Program-made: the position numbers and the translations under genes
Shown: piece after piece, positions 44,868-54,281 of the stretch
Numbering within the stretch: position 1 is the first letter of the stretch
Layout: each line of letters starts with the position of its first letter
NCBI GenBank assembly: GCA_016783445.1
Contig: JADHWO010000003.1
Location: forward strand, 8,427 to 72,426
Direction: 5' to 3'
Length of the DNA: 64,000 bases
From: Candidatus Aminicenantes bacterium
GTDB lineage: Bacteria; Acidobacteriota; Aminicenantia; Aminicenantales; Aminicenantaceae
The notes under the pieces: generated by a model
Told to the model about the DNA's origin: nothing
Databases searched by the model: none
What the model saw: only the letters and a program-made list of their open reading frames with translations

Positions 44868-47405
44868 TTAGCTTGATCTGACTAAATTATCTAATTTTAA
44901 TGGTCTTGTCTCAGCTACAAATGCCCCTAAAATAGCCACTATTGTGAATAAAAATATTATCCAAAACGCTGTAGGGGAATTCCGACCTAAAAGTTGCAGA
45001 AAAACAATCAGCTCTTTTTTATCTTGAACTAAAAAGCTGCTCAAGAGCTTATTTATAACTGTATAAAGAAGGCCGATTAAGCCTCCGCTTAATGCAGCTG
45101 CAAAAATTCGCTTTGATAGGGCTGCCCCGCCTGACCAGGAAGAAGCTGCAGCAGCCGCAAAAACAGGAATCCAGAGTGCAAACCACCAGATGTTTCCAAA
45201 TGTAGGAATAAATCCGGTAAAATTAAAATAAATCAAGTCCATAAGAGCCAGAAGTAGAACACCAGAGAGAACGCATAAGGGTATATGCCGGAATCTTGGT
45301 TTTAAGCCGGCACGTAATTCCCTGCGTTGTCGAATGCGCCGGCGGATATTCAGAGGGCGGTTGTAGAATAGATCAAAGACAGCATGTTCCAGGAGGGCTC
45401 CTTTTTCGCCAAAAACAGGAACAATATGCACGGCTCCAGTTGACCAATGTCCGGCCATAAAGCGGGCAAGATCCGGATAGCGATATGCCATCTGGATAGG
45501 AAAAGCAAGGTAGCCGATATATTTAAAGAAGCTCAGGAAGAACGCAATGTTGTAATCTTTGAAATTGCGTTCACGCACAACAAGAAAGGATACGTAAAGA
45601 CCTCGGACTATCGAACCTGGAGAAATAGGGGTCACCTGGAAAAGCCCGAGGATTATTCCTGCATGCAGCATTGCCGTTTGCCAGGTCAAGTCAGGATGCA
45701 GTTTTACGTAGATTAAGGCGACAGCAACTGAGACGATCTGAGTCACTGGAATTGTACAAACGTGTACCGCAAGGCTTTTTAGATATTTCTGTATAAAAGG
45801 CTCCTTTATCTGGGAATTAATAAACACGGCTTCTTTTTTAGACAGCATGCCGTTTTCCTCTCCTTTGGATACGATGTCGCGAAGCCACTGTTCCCTGGCT
45901 TCTGCCTTAAAGAATAGCCGCAAGGGCCTGGCAAAAATATTATCCAATGACTGAAAAAAGAAACGGCGGTCTGAGAAGAACCGGTGCATCTTTGCAGGGA
46001 AAAGAGAAAGGGGCAGATGAGCGAAAAATCGCAAAGGATATTTACACAGAGTTTGTGTGCGTTTCTCCTCGACACGTCCTGCACGGTGCCATCTGATTAG
46101 GGATTCAGCTATGCGGGCTCGCACTGCACGGCGGAAATACCTCAAACTGGACAGTAAATGTCCATAGTGTCGCCGGTAATCTTCTTGACCGAATAGCTTG
46201 CGTAATAAATTCCCCAAAAAAGGAAGAACCCCAAATAAGTAAAAAATTATGGCTAAGAATTTTTTATGTAACAAACGCTCTGTAGTTTTTTTATCGATGA
46301 TGTTACGGATTTCCCAGCTTCTAATGCTGCTCTTTAAGATAGATGACCACAATTTTGGAGTGAAAATTAGTTTAAAGTGATGATGTGTGATATCAGGAAG
46401 AGAATCGCGGTAAGTCTTTTCGGCTTCCTTAAGTTCTTCTGCTGCTTCATGCATGTTTTTGAAAGCTTCAGGGTGTGCTTCAAGGAAATTCTGGAGCTTG
46501 TTTATGTTTCCGCGGTCAAACTGTACCAGACTGCCCCGCGTAATCCCCTGGAAGATGAGTTTAAAATCTGCGGGGCTCATCGGCAGGAAAGGAAGAAGTG
46601 CCAGACCAGCCCGGAAATCGACAGCAACATAGCCTTCAGCGGGATTAGGATCACTAATCAGTCGCTTGAGGACGTTAGGTTGGCTTTTACAGGTCCACCA
46701 TTCATACTGGCGTGCCAGTTCAAAAGCTCCCATGTCATGCATTAGCTGCACAAGGCGGGTTAAAAAGGTTCGTTTGGCGTGATATTCTGGAGAACCAAGT
46801 TCCTCTATGGCATCTCCAGATTTCCATCTTTGCCTTGAATCCAGATTGTCATCAACTTCGAAGCGCCACATTCTCCCATCTATCCATTCACTAATTTCTC
46901 CACAGCTGCCGAGCGCTGGATCGATAAAAGTGGCAAAAATGTCCACGACTGCACTTTCTGAGCCGTGCCGTAGTTTTGCACCACGCCGGATAAATTTCTG
47001 CCATAGTGCACCTGCCCGGACCGCAGCAGGATTGACCTGAGGAGAGAATGCCCCTTGAAAACTGGCAGCATAGATGATGTTACGGAAAATTTTTGAGAAT
47101 GTTTTTGGAGGGATAAGAATCTTCATGGCGTAAGAGTTACCCACATGAAGGCCTTCAAGCGGGCCATTTGGGATTTCAAGGTCTAAGGCTTTTACCTTGT
47201 AAACCTGACCGGCATAACCACCTCCTACGAACTTTTCTACCTTTAATTTTAGCCGGCCAATCCTTGACGGCAATACACCTTTGATTTTGTAGCTGAGCTC
47301 AGTACCCGGGTCATAACGACGGAAACGAAAAGGACGAAAGATCTTGTAAGTTCGGAAGGCTTTCTCTAGCTCCCTGCAGGTTTTTATAGAATATTCAACT
47401 CCCAT
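44868..47405 (-). CDS. 845-aa protein with an N-terminal protein-kinase-like (ABC1/UbiB-like?) domain fused to a C-terminal polytopic membrane domain (>=8 predicted TM helices)
   Basis: Glycine-rich loop plus lysine VGGGYAGQVYKVK, and a YVAVDFRAG DFG-like motif. The C-terminal half is dominated by hydrophobic helices. Confidence 0.5.
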   Translation of the reverse strand: MGVEYSIKTCRELEKAFRTYKIFRPFRFRRYDPGTELSYKIKGVLPSRIGRLKLKVEKFVGGGYAGQVYKVKALDLEIPNGPLEGLHVGNSYAMKILIPPKTFSKIFRNIIYAASFQGAFSPQVNPAAVRAGALWQKFIRRGAKLRHGSESAVVDIFATFIDPALGSCGEISEWIDGRMWRFEVDDNLDSRQRWKSGDAIEELGSPEYHAKRTFLTRLVQLMHDMGAFELARQYEWWTCKSQPNVLKRLISDPNPAEGYVAVDFRAGLALLPFLPMSPADFKLIFQGITRGSLVQFDRGNINKLQNFLEAHPEAFKNMHEAAEELKEAEKTYRDSLPDITHHHFKLIFTPKLWSSILKSSIRSWEIRNIIDKKTTERLLHKKFLAIIFYLFGVLPFLGNLLRKLFGQEDYRRHYGHLLSSLRYFRRAVRARIAESLIRWHRAGRVEEKRTQTLCKYPLRFFAHLPLSLFPAKMHRFFSDRRFFFQSLDNIFARPLRLFFKAEAREQWLRDIVSKGEENGMLSKKEAVFINSQIKEPFIQKYLKSLAVHVCTIPVTQIVSVAVALIYVKLHPDLTWQTAMLHAGIILGLFQVTPISPGSIVRGLYVSFLVVRERNFKDYNIAFFLSFFKYIGYLAFPIQMAYRYPDLARFMAGHWSTGAVHIVPVFGEKGALLEHAVFDLFYNRPLNIRRRIRQRRELRAGLKPRFRHIPLCVLSGVLLLALMDLIYFNFTGFIPTFGNIWWFALWIPVFAAAAASSWSGGAALSKRIFAAALSGGLIGLLYTVINKLLSSFLVQDKKELIVFLQLLGRNSPTAFWIIFLFTIVAILGAFVAETRPLKLDNLVRSS

Positions 47406-47619
47406 TCAAGATGCCTTCTAAAGGACTCAAAGAATGATCTTTTTTTTTGTGTCCTCTAATTCTTTTAAATTTCCTCAAGAGAAGCTTATAACAGAGCATA
47501 CATATGTTGTCAATGAGAAAGGAAAAGATTGACAAGAGAATAAAGATTAATCAAGTACAGGAATAAATGTGATTTCTTTTATCTAACTGAAATACTATAA
47601 GTATAAAAGAAGATTTATT

Positions 47620-49086
47620 TCAATATAGGCCTGTTTTTTTGTTAAAATTTTCGATCAACCGGTCTATTTCGTCCGCTTTTGATTGTACGGATTTCCAGTA
47701 GTCAGGATAATCATGCCATTGGGCGTTTAACTCATTCACGTTTTTGCCCTGTTGTTCGATCCAAGTAAAGTATTTAAGGTTGTGAATTCGTTTTCTATCA
47801 TAGTAGCTCAGTTCAAGAATATGGTCGATCTTTATCCCTAAAAGAGAGCGATAGTAATCTTTCGCGGCATCACGCTCAGCATATTTTCCGCATGTTTTTT
47901 TTAACTCCTCCAGCCGGCTTTCATAAAGCTCCATGGAATCAGCGAAAACAGTCAATATCACATCTCTGCTGGTGAGTTCATAGTATTTAGAGAACTTAAT
48001 GGCGGCAATCAAGTTTCCAACGCTGGAAATTCCCATCAAAGAAAGGTTATTGATGAGGGTTTCGGGAAGGCCTTGTTTTTTTAGAAATTCCTTTCCAGCC
48101 AGTTCATTAAAAAGCCTAATTAGGTTCATGCAGTCGCTGTCGTCTATGGCAATGACCAAGTCTGTATTCCGGACATTAAAAATCCATGGCACGTGTTTGT
48201 CACCTATCCCCTCGATTTGATGGCCTCCAAAACCGTTTAGAAGGAGTGTGGGACACTGGAGTGCTTCTCCAACAGCGATTTTGCTCTCGGGAAAAAATTC
48301 CTTAAGATAGTCTCCACAGCCCGACACTGTTCCCGCAGAACCAGAGGTTGCGATAAAGCCAACAAATCGTTCTTTTGCAGAGATAGCCATTTTGAGTACA
48401 TCCATGGCCGCATTCCCTGTGACTGTGTAATGCCAAAGATAGTTGCCAAATTCGTCAAACTGGTTAAAGACCACTATATCTTTTCTTGTTTTCCGAAGTT
48501 CCCAGCATTTATCAAAGATTTCTTTAACATTGCTTTCACAGCCAGGCGTTTTGATCACATCTCCTGCTATGTTTGAAAGCCACTTAAATCGTTCTTGACT
48601 CATCTCTTCTGGAAGAATAGCGATGGATTTGCATCCAAGTAGAGCGGAGTTATAGGCGCCTCCACGGCAGTAATTCCCTGTAGATGGCCAGACTGCTTTC
48701 TGAGAGGTAGGGTCAAACTGGCCTGTTACGAGTCTCGGGACTAAACATCCAAAGGTCGCTCCGACTTTATGAGAGCCAGTAGGGAACCACTTGCCGACAA
48801 GTCCAATAATACGAGCATTTATGCCTGTTAGCTCTTTCGGGAGCTCTATATAGTTTGTCTCCCCGTATAATCCTCCCTGAGAAACAGTTTCATTCTTCCA
48901 CGTGATCCTGAACAGGTTAATAGGATTGATATCCCATAGCCCGACATCTTTAAGTTTGTCTTTGATAACCCTGGGAATCAGTTCAGGATTTTTCATCTCT
49001 TTAAAGGTTGGGATAATAATATTGCGTTCCTTAGCCCGCTGAACCGCTCTTTTGAGCCTTGCTTCATTTTTGCTTAAATCTATCAT
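47620..49086 (-). CDS. PLP-dependent enzyme, fold type II (tryptophan-synthase-beta / threonine-synthase superfamily), with a ~90-aa C-terminal extension
   Basis: FPTGSHKVGATFG PLP-lysine motif. Glycine-rich loop SGSAGTVSG. Product unknown. Confidence 0.55.
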   Translation of the reverse strand: MIDLSKNEARLKRAVQRAKERNIIIPTFKEMKNPELIPRVIKDKLKDVGLWDINPINLFRITWKNETVSQGGLYGETNYIELPKELTGINARIIGLVGKWFPTGSHKVGATFGCLVPRLVTGQFDPTSQKAVWPSTGNYCRGGAYNSALLGCKSIAILPEEMSQERFKWLSNIAGDVIKTPGCESNVKEIFDKCWELRKTRKDIVVFNQFDEFGNYLWHYTVTGNAAMDVLKMAISAKERFVGFIATSGSAGTVSGCGDYLKEFFPESKIAVGEALQCPTLLLNGFGGHQIEGIGDKHVPWIFNVRNTDLVIAIDDSDCMNLIRLFNELAGKEFLKKQGLPETLINNLSLMGISSVGNLIAAIKFSKYYELTSRDVILTVFADSMELYESRLEELKKTCGKYAERDAAKDYYRSLLGIKIDHILELSYYDRKRIHNLKYFTWIEQQGKNVNELNAQWHDYPDYWKSVQSKADEIDRLIENFNKKTGLY

Positions 49087-49209
49087 AGAGAAAGAAATCC
49101 CTTGAGATTGTTCTCAGAAGTTTACATTTTAAAGCACAATATTTGAGTGTATATTATTTTACCCTAAGTCCCAAGAATCAAAGTAAATTTGTTTAAACAA
49201 ATGTATATT

Positions 49210-50286
49210 CTATAAATATTCAGTTTTGTCTTTTTGTTTGATCTTCTTTATGATGTCTTTTACTTTCTGGTCATCGCTTTTGTGACACACAAGAAGTGCG
49301 TCTTCGGTGTTTACCACGATAATATCTTTAACTCCTATAAGAGCTGTAAGTTTTTGGGGATTATAGAGGAGGCAGTTTTGGGAATTAAAAATGATATTTT
49401 TCCCTCTCAAAGCATTGCCTTCCTTGTCTTGAGGCCAGATGTCTGTTAGAGAGGACCACGATCCCACATCAGACCAGCCAAAATCGCCTTTTGTCATTAA
49501 CACGCCCTCTGCTTTTTCCATCAGGGCGTAATCGATGGATATAGAAGGGATCTCTTCAAATATGGAATTAAGCAGATCTTTGTCCTTGTTTTTTAGAGCA
49601 TCCAGGATCTTTTTCCAGTAAGAAAACATTGAAGGAGCATATAACTCGAGCTTTTGGGCAAAAACATCTGTCTGCCAGAGAAACATCCCTGAGTTCCAGA
49701 AATAATTATTCTTTTCTATAAAATCCCTGGCCTGCTCATATTCTGGCTTCTCCTGGAATCCCTGAACAGTATAAAAGGACTCCTCCTGGATTTGCAAAGC
49801 GTTTTCCTGAGAAAATTGGATATAGCCGTATCCGGTTGCAGGATGTGTTGGAGGGATGCCAAATGTAATGAGGTGTTCTCCTTGAGAAGCTGCAAAAGCT
49901 CCAGCCTCGAGCTTTTTGAGGAAAAGAGAAGTGTTTTTTATAAGGTGGTCAGCGGGTAAAGCAGCCAGAATTGCTTTAGGATTCTGGAGGTAGATCCTTG
50001 CTGTTGCGAGCATTAAAGAAGGAGCTGTGTTTTTCCCCTGGGGCTCTATTATTAGGTTTTTTTCAGGAAGGTCTGGAAAAAGATCTTTTATCACTTTAGT
50101 TTTTTCAAAATTGGCAATAGTGTAAATATTGGACTTGGGAACTTGAGGTAAAAGACGATGGACTGTTTCCTCAATCATTGTTTTCTCACTGATAATAGGA
50201 AGGAACTGCTTTGGTTTATTCTCCCGGCTCAACGGCCAGAATCGAGTTCCAGCACCGCCTGCCATTATCACAGCGCGCATATCCAT
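49210..50286 (-). CDS. manC: Mannose-1-phosphate guanylyltransferase-like nucleotidyltransferase (no isomerase domain)
   Basis: MRAVIMAGGAGTRFWPLS is the NTP-transferase signature. Start placed at the internal ATG behind the aaggagagg SD. Confidence 0.7.
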   Translation of the reverse strand: MDMRAVIMAGGAGTRFWPLSRENKPKQFLPIISEKTMIEETVHRLLPQVPKSNIYTIANFEKTKVIKDLFPDLPEKNLIIEPQGKNTAPSLMLATARIYLQNPKAILAALPADHLIKNTSLFLKKLEAGAFAASQGEHLITFGIPPTHPATGYGYIQFSQENALQIQEESFYTVQGFQEKPEYEQARDFIEKNNYFWNSGMFLWQTDVFAQKLELYAPSMFSYWKKILDALKNKDKDLLNSIFEEIPSISIDYALMEKAEGVLMTKGDFGWSDVGSWSSLTDIWPQDKEGNALRGKNIIFNSQNCLLYNPQKLTALIGVKDIIVVNTEDALLVCHKSDDQKVKDIIKKIKQKDKTEYL

Positions 50287-50434
50287 TTTCCTCTCCTTAA
50301 TAATAAACACCTAAGTTATACATAATATATGAGATAACACAATTTTATCGTCGCTGCGCCAACAAATTCCAGATTCCAGATGAGGAGTTTGGAAGTCCCT
50401 GAATGGCTCCTGGAAAAGGTTGTCTCGAATAAGC

Positions 50435-51805
50435 TCAAGAATTTTCTAGCCTTTTTATAGCTTTTTCGACAGTTTGTTTGACTTCTTTTTCGATGCTTTC
50501 CAGGGCATCCTTTGTATCTCCTTCAAAACGGAGGACCAGGATTTCTTGAGTGTTGGATGCCCGGACAAGTCCCCATCCCTGAGGGAAAATTGCCCTGACA
50601 CCATCTATATCGATGATCGGGTATTTTTGAGAAAGCTCTTTTTTAACTTCTTCGACAATTTTAAATTTCACTGCCTCTGAGGCGTAAATCCTTATTTCGG
50701 GCGTGTAATAGGTTTTTGGCAGTTCGGAGAGCATTTGGGAGAGTTTTTTTTCAGATAAAGAGAGTAGTTCAAGAAGGCGGGCTGAAGAATAAATGGCATC
50801 ATCAAAACCAAAAAACCTGTCTGCGAAGAAGATATGACCGCTCATTTCCCCGGCCAGAAGGGCTTTTTCTTCTTTTATTTTTTTCTTGATCAAAGAATGA
50901 CCAGTTTTCCACATGATAGCTCTGCCGCCCAGTTTTTCGATCTCATCATAAAGGACTTTCGAGGCTTTAACCTCTGAAATTATAGGACATCCGGGATTTG
51001 ATGAAAGAATATCACGGGAGAAAAAAACCATGAGCTGGTCACCCCAAATAATGTTTCCCTTATCATCTATAGCGCCGATTCTGTCTCCATCTCCGTCGTA
51101 GGCAACGCCCAGATCAGCTTTTGATTCAGTGACTTTTTTAATGAGGTCTTTAAGGGCTTCAGGAAGGGTTGGGTCAGGATGATGATTGGGAAAGTTACCA
51201 TCCATCTCACAATATAGCTCTATAACATCACATCCCAATTTTTTAAAAATAGGGACAGCGATAACTCCGGCCGTTCCATTTCCGGCATCCACAACAACCT
51301 TCAGCTTTTTATTAAGCTTGATATTTTTCAAGAGGAAATCCTGGTATTCAGGAATAATGTTGTAATTTTTTTTGTTTGTACTAACTTCCTCAATAAAGTT
51401 TTTATTTTGAATGATTGTGAAGATATCCTGGATAGTTTTTCCGTAAAGAGTCTCTTCTCCTAGCATCATTTTAAATCCATTGTATTCGGGAGGATTATGG
51501 GAGCCGGTGATCATCACTCCAGCCTCTATTTTTTTATAATAAATTGCGAAATAAAGTAGAGGGGTTGGAATTATTCCCAAGTCTGTGATATGGCATCCGG
51601 TTGAAAGAAGTCCTCTGGATAGTGCTTCAGAAAAGGCTGGAGAGCTGAGTCGGCAGTCTCTTCCCAGAGCGATGTCTCTTCTTTTATTCTGGCGGAAATA
51701 TGTACCTATTCCTTTGCCCAGCAGTTCTACAGTATCAGGAGTCAGGTCTTTATCGACTTTGCCTCTTATATCGTACTGCCTGAAAATTTCCGGTTTGATA
51801 TTCAT
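50435..51805 (-). CDS. manB: Phosphomannomutase/phosphoglucomutase
   Basis: Active-site TGSHNP, metal loop DGDGDR, four-domain alpha-D-phosphohexomutase. Confidence 0.85.
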   Translation of the reverse strand: MNIKPEIFRQYDIRGKVDKDLTPDTVELLGKGIGTYFRQNKRRDIALGRDCRLSSPAFSEALSRGLLSTGCHITDLGIIPTPLLYFAIYYKKIEAGVMITGSHNPPEYNGFKMMLGEETLYGKTIQDIFTIIQNKNFIEEVSTNKKNYNIIPEYQDFLLKNIKLNKKLKVVVDAGNGTAGVIAVPIFKKLGCDVIELYCEMDGNFPNHHPDPTLPEALKDLIKKVTESKADLGVAYDGDGDRIGAIDDKGNIIWGDQLMVFFSRDILSSNPGCPIISEVKASKVLYDEIEKLGGRAIMWKTGHSLIKKKIKEEKALLAGEMSGHIFFADRFFGFDDAIYSSARLLELLSLSEKKLSQMLSELPKTYYTPEIRIYASEAVKFKIVEEVKKELSQKYPIIDIDGVRAIFPQGWGLVRASNTQEILVLRFEGDTKDALESIEKEVKQTVEKAIKRLENS

Positions 51806-51901
51806 TTTAGCTCTCCAGGAAATCCAAAATAAGATATCATTTTCCCTTTTACGAAACGTTTTTTCGTTAAGTTATTTATGAATATTTTAATATGTTAAAA
51901 T

Positions 51902-52447
51902 TTAGAGTCGTTCTCTGCGATCGATCAAATCTTTAAAACCGGATTTTACGGTTTGCCATTTATCCTGCGCTTCAAGAATAAATTCAATAAATTCCCGTAC
52001 AGCTCCTTTTCCTCCTGTTTTGCTGCATATAAAATGGCTGTGTTTTTTTATCTCCGGATGGGCATCAGCCACTGCACCAGCAAAACCCACGGTTTTTATA
52101 ACCTCAAGGTCTCCAAGGTCATCACCTATATAGGCAATTTGCTCAGGTTTGAGCTCGTTCTTATCAAGGATTTCAGATAGGACCTCTATTTTATTAAGAA
52201 TTCCCTGATAAAGATCACTTATTTTTAGCTTTTCGGCTCTTTTTTCCAGGGCTTTTGATGTTTTCCCGGTTATTATTCCAGTACTAAGCCCTGCTAAATG
52301 AGCGAGCAGGATGCCTGCACCGTCTTTAACATTGTAGGATTTAAGTTCTTCGCCGTCAGGAAGAATGAGAAGGGATCCATCCGTAAGGGTTCCGTCAACG
52401 TCCATGATGATCATCTTGATTTTACGCGCTCGATCTTTTTCGTTCAT
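51902..52447 (-). CDS. kdsC: 3-deoxy-D-manno-octulosonate 8-phosphate phosphatase
   Basis: HAD motif MDVDGTLTDG and GDDLGD. 1-nt TGATG overlap with the kdsD stop. Confidence 0.75.
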   Translation of the reverse strand: MNEKDRARKIKMIIMDVDGTLTDGSLLILPDGEELKSYNVKDGAGILLAHLAGLSTGIITGKTSKALEKRAEKLKISDLYQGILNKIEVLSEILDKNELKPEQIAYIGDDLGDLEVIKTVGFAGAVADAHPEIKKHSHFICSKTGGKGAVREFIEFILEAQDKWQTVKSGFKDLIDRRERL

Positions 52448-53418
52448 CAGAACATCTCTGTTCTCCACAAATCGTGAAGATGTATAATCCCTTCAATTTC
52501 CCCTTTTTTACTTTTTATGATTAAAGAAGTTATTTTGTTTTCTTCCATGAGGTTCAAGCCCTTGGTAGCCAAATCGTCCTTGTTTATTGTGATGGGATTT
52601 GGAGTCATGCAGTCCCTGGCTGTTTTTTGCAGAAAATATTTCCTGTGTTTCTGAATAATACGCCTTAAATCCCCATCAGTTATAATTCCCACAAGCTTTT
52701 GATCACTGTCCACTACACATGTCATTCCAAGTTTTTTCTTGGTCATTTCTTCAAGGACATCTTTCATTAAGCTTTCTTGAGAAATGCTGGCAATTTTCCT
52801 TCCTTTGTGCATTAGGTTTTTTATTTTGAGAAGCTTTTTTCCAGCTTCTCCCTTAGGATGAACAGTAGCAAAATCCTCTTCACTAAACCCCTTTTTCTTC
52901 ATTAAAGCGATGGAGATTGCATCTCCCAGGGCAAGGGCAGCCGTTGAGCTTGCTGTGGGGACAAGGCCGTTTGGCGCAGCTTCTTTTTCGACCTTTGCTT
53001 CCAGAACAATATCACTATACCTGGCTAATTTTGAGGCTTTATTGCCCGTGATGCTGATGAGTTTTATTCCTATTCTTTTAAAAAAATCCAGGAGGTCAAC
53101 GATCTCTCTTGTCTCTCCACTATAGGAGACAGCGATTAGAATATCTTCTTTGACGATCATGCCGAGATCACCATGGCCAGCTTCAGCTGCGTGGATAAAC
53201 ATTGCTGGTGTTCCGCAGCTTGATAAAGTGGCAGCAATCTTCCTGCCAACAAGGCCAGATTTTCCCATGCCGGTTACTATAACCCTGGATTTTGTTTTGG
53301 AAAGGAGTTCAACTGCCTGAACAAAGTTTTCATCCAGCCTTGAGGCTAAAGCTTTAACAGCCTTTGATTCTATGTTCAGGACATTTTTGCCTGTTTGAAT
53401 GATATCATCTTTTATCAT
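52447..53418 (-). CDS. kdsD: Arabinose-5-phosphate isomerase (SIS plus tandem CBS domains)
   Basis: SIS motif VTGMGKSG and C-terminal CBS pair. Confidence 0.85.
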   Translation of the reverse strand: MIKDDIIQTGKNVLNIESKAVKALASRLDENFVQAVELLSKTKSRVIVTGMGKSGLVGRKIAATLSSCGTPAMFIHAAEAGHGDLGMIVKEDILIAVSYSGETREIVDLLDFFKRIGIKLISITGNKASKLARYSDIVLEAKVEKEAAPNGLVPTASSTAALALGDAISIALMKKKGFSEEDFATVHPKGEAGKKLLKIKNLMHKGRKIASISQESLMKDVLEEMTKKKLGMTCVVDSDQKLVGIITDGDLRRIIQKHRKYFLQKTARDCMTPNPITINKDDLATKGLNLMEENKITSLIIKSKKGEIEGIIHLHDLWRTEMF

Positions 53419-53450
53419 GGTTTATTATTATACCTTAAGGTGATTGGGAT

Positions 53451-54281
53451 TCATATTGCTTGTTTTTTAAGCCTGAGCAAGGCTGTTAAAAGACTGTCTA
53501 AATCTTTTAAATTCAATGAGTTAAACTTATCCGAAAGAGCCTGGGATGGATTATCATGGACTTCAAGAAAAAGTCCATCTGCGCCAACGCAAATTCCCGC
53601 CTTTGCGACATAAGGGATAAATTCAGCCGCACCTCCTGAAGAACTTCCCTCACCTCCTGGTTTTTGTACACTGTGGGATGCATCTATAACAACGGGGAAT
53701 CCCCATTTCTTCATAATAGGAATGGAACGGATGTCAAAAACTAGGTTGTTATATCCAAAAGAAGTTCCTCGTTCTGTGAGAATTATGTTTTTGTTACCTT
53801 GACTGAGAGCTTTTTCGACAGTATTTTTCATTTCATACGGGGATATAAATTGTCCCTTCTTAAGGTTCAGGGGCTTTAGAGTTTTAGATGCCTCCACAAT
53901 TAAGTCTGTCTGGCGGCAGAGAAAAGCCGGAATCTGGAGTATGTCCAATACTTGAGCAGCTTTCTCGATCTGGCTTGTTTCATGAATATCCGAGAGTACA
54001 GGGATATCTAGCTCACTTTTTATATAATGTAGAGTTTCCAACCCGGATTCCAAGCCAGGTCCCCTAAAAGATTTTAATGATGAACGGTTAGCTTTGTCAT
54101 ATGAGGCCTTAAAAATAAAGGAGATCTGATGATTCTCACATATTTTTTTTATTTCTTTAGCGATGAAGAAAGCATGGTCTTGACTTTCAATGACACACGG
54201 GCCTCCTATCAGAAAAAAGGGATTGGTCCCGCCAATTTTAAATTTGTTTTTTATGGATATTTCTTTTACTTCGATAGGCAT
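53451..54281 (-). CDS. kdsA: 2-dehydro-3-deoxyphosphooctonate aldolase (KDO-8-P synthase)
   Basis: GPCVIES motif and a DAHP-synthase-like TIM barrel. The ORF overlaps the pyrG 3' end by 44 nt. Confidence 0.85.
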   Translation of the reverse strand: MPIEVKEISIKNKFKIGGTNPFFLIGGPCVIESQDHAFFIAKEIKKICENHQISFIFKASYDKANRSSLKSFRGPGLESGLETLHYIKSELDIPVLSDIHETSQIEKAAQVLDILQIPAFLCRQTDLIVEASKTLKPLNLKKGQFISPYEMKNTVEKALSQGNKNIILTERGTSFGYNNLVFDIRSIPIMKKWGFPVVIDASHSVQKPGGEGSSSGGAAEFIPYVAKAGICVGADGLFLEVHDNPSQALSDKFNSLNLKDLDSLLTALLRLKKQAI

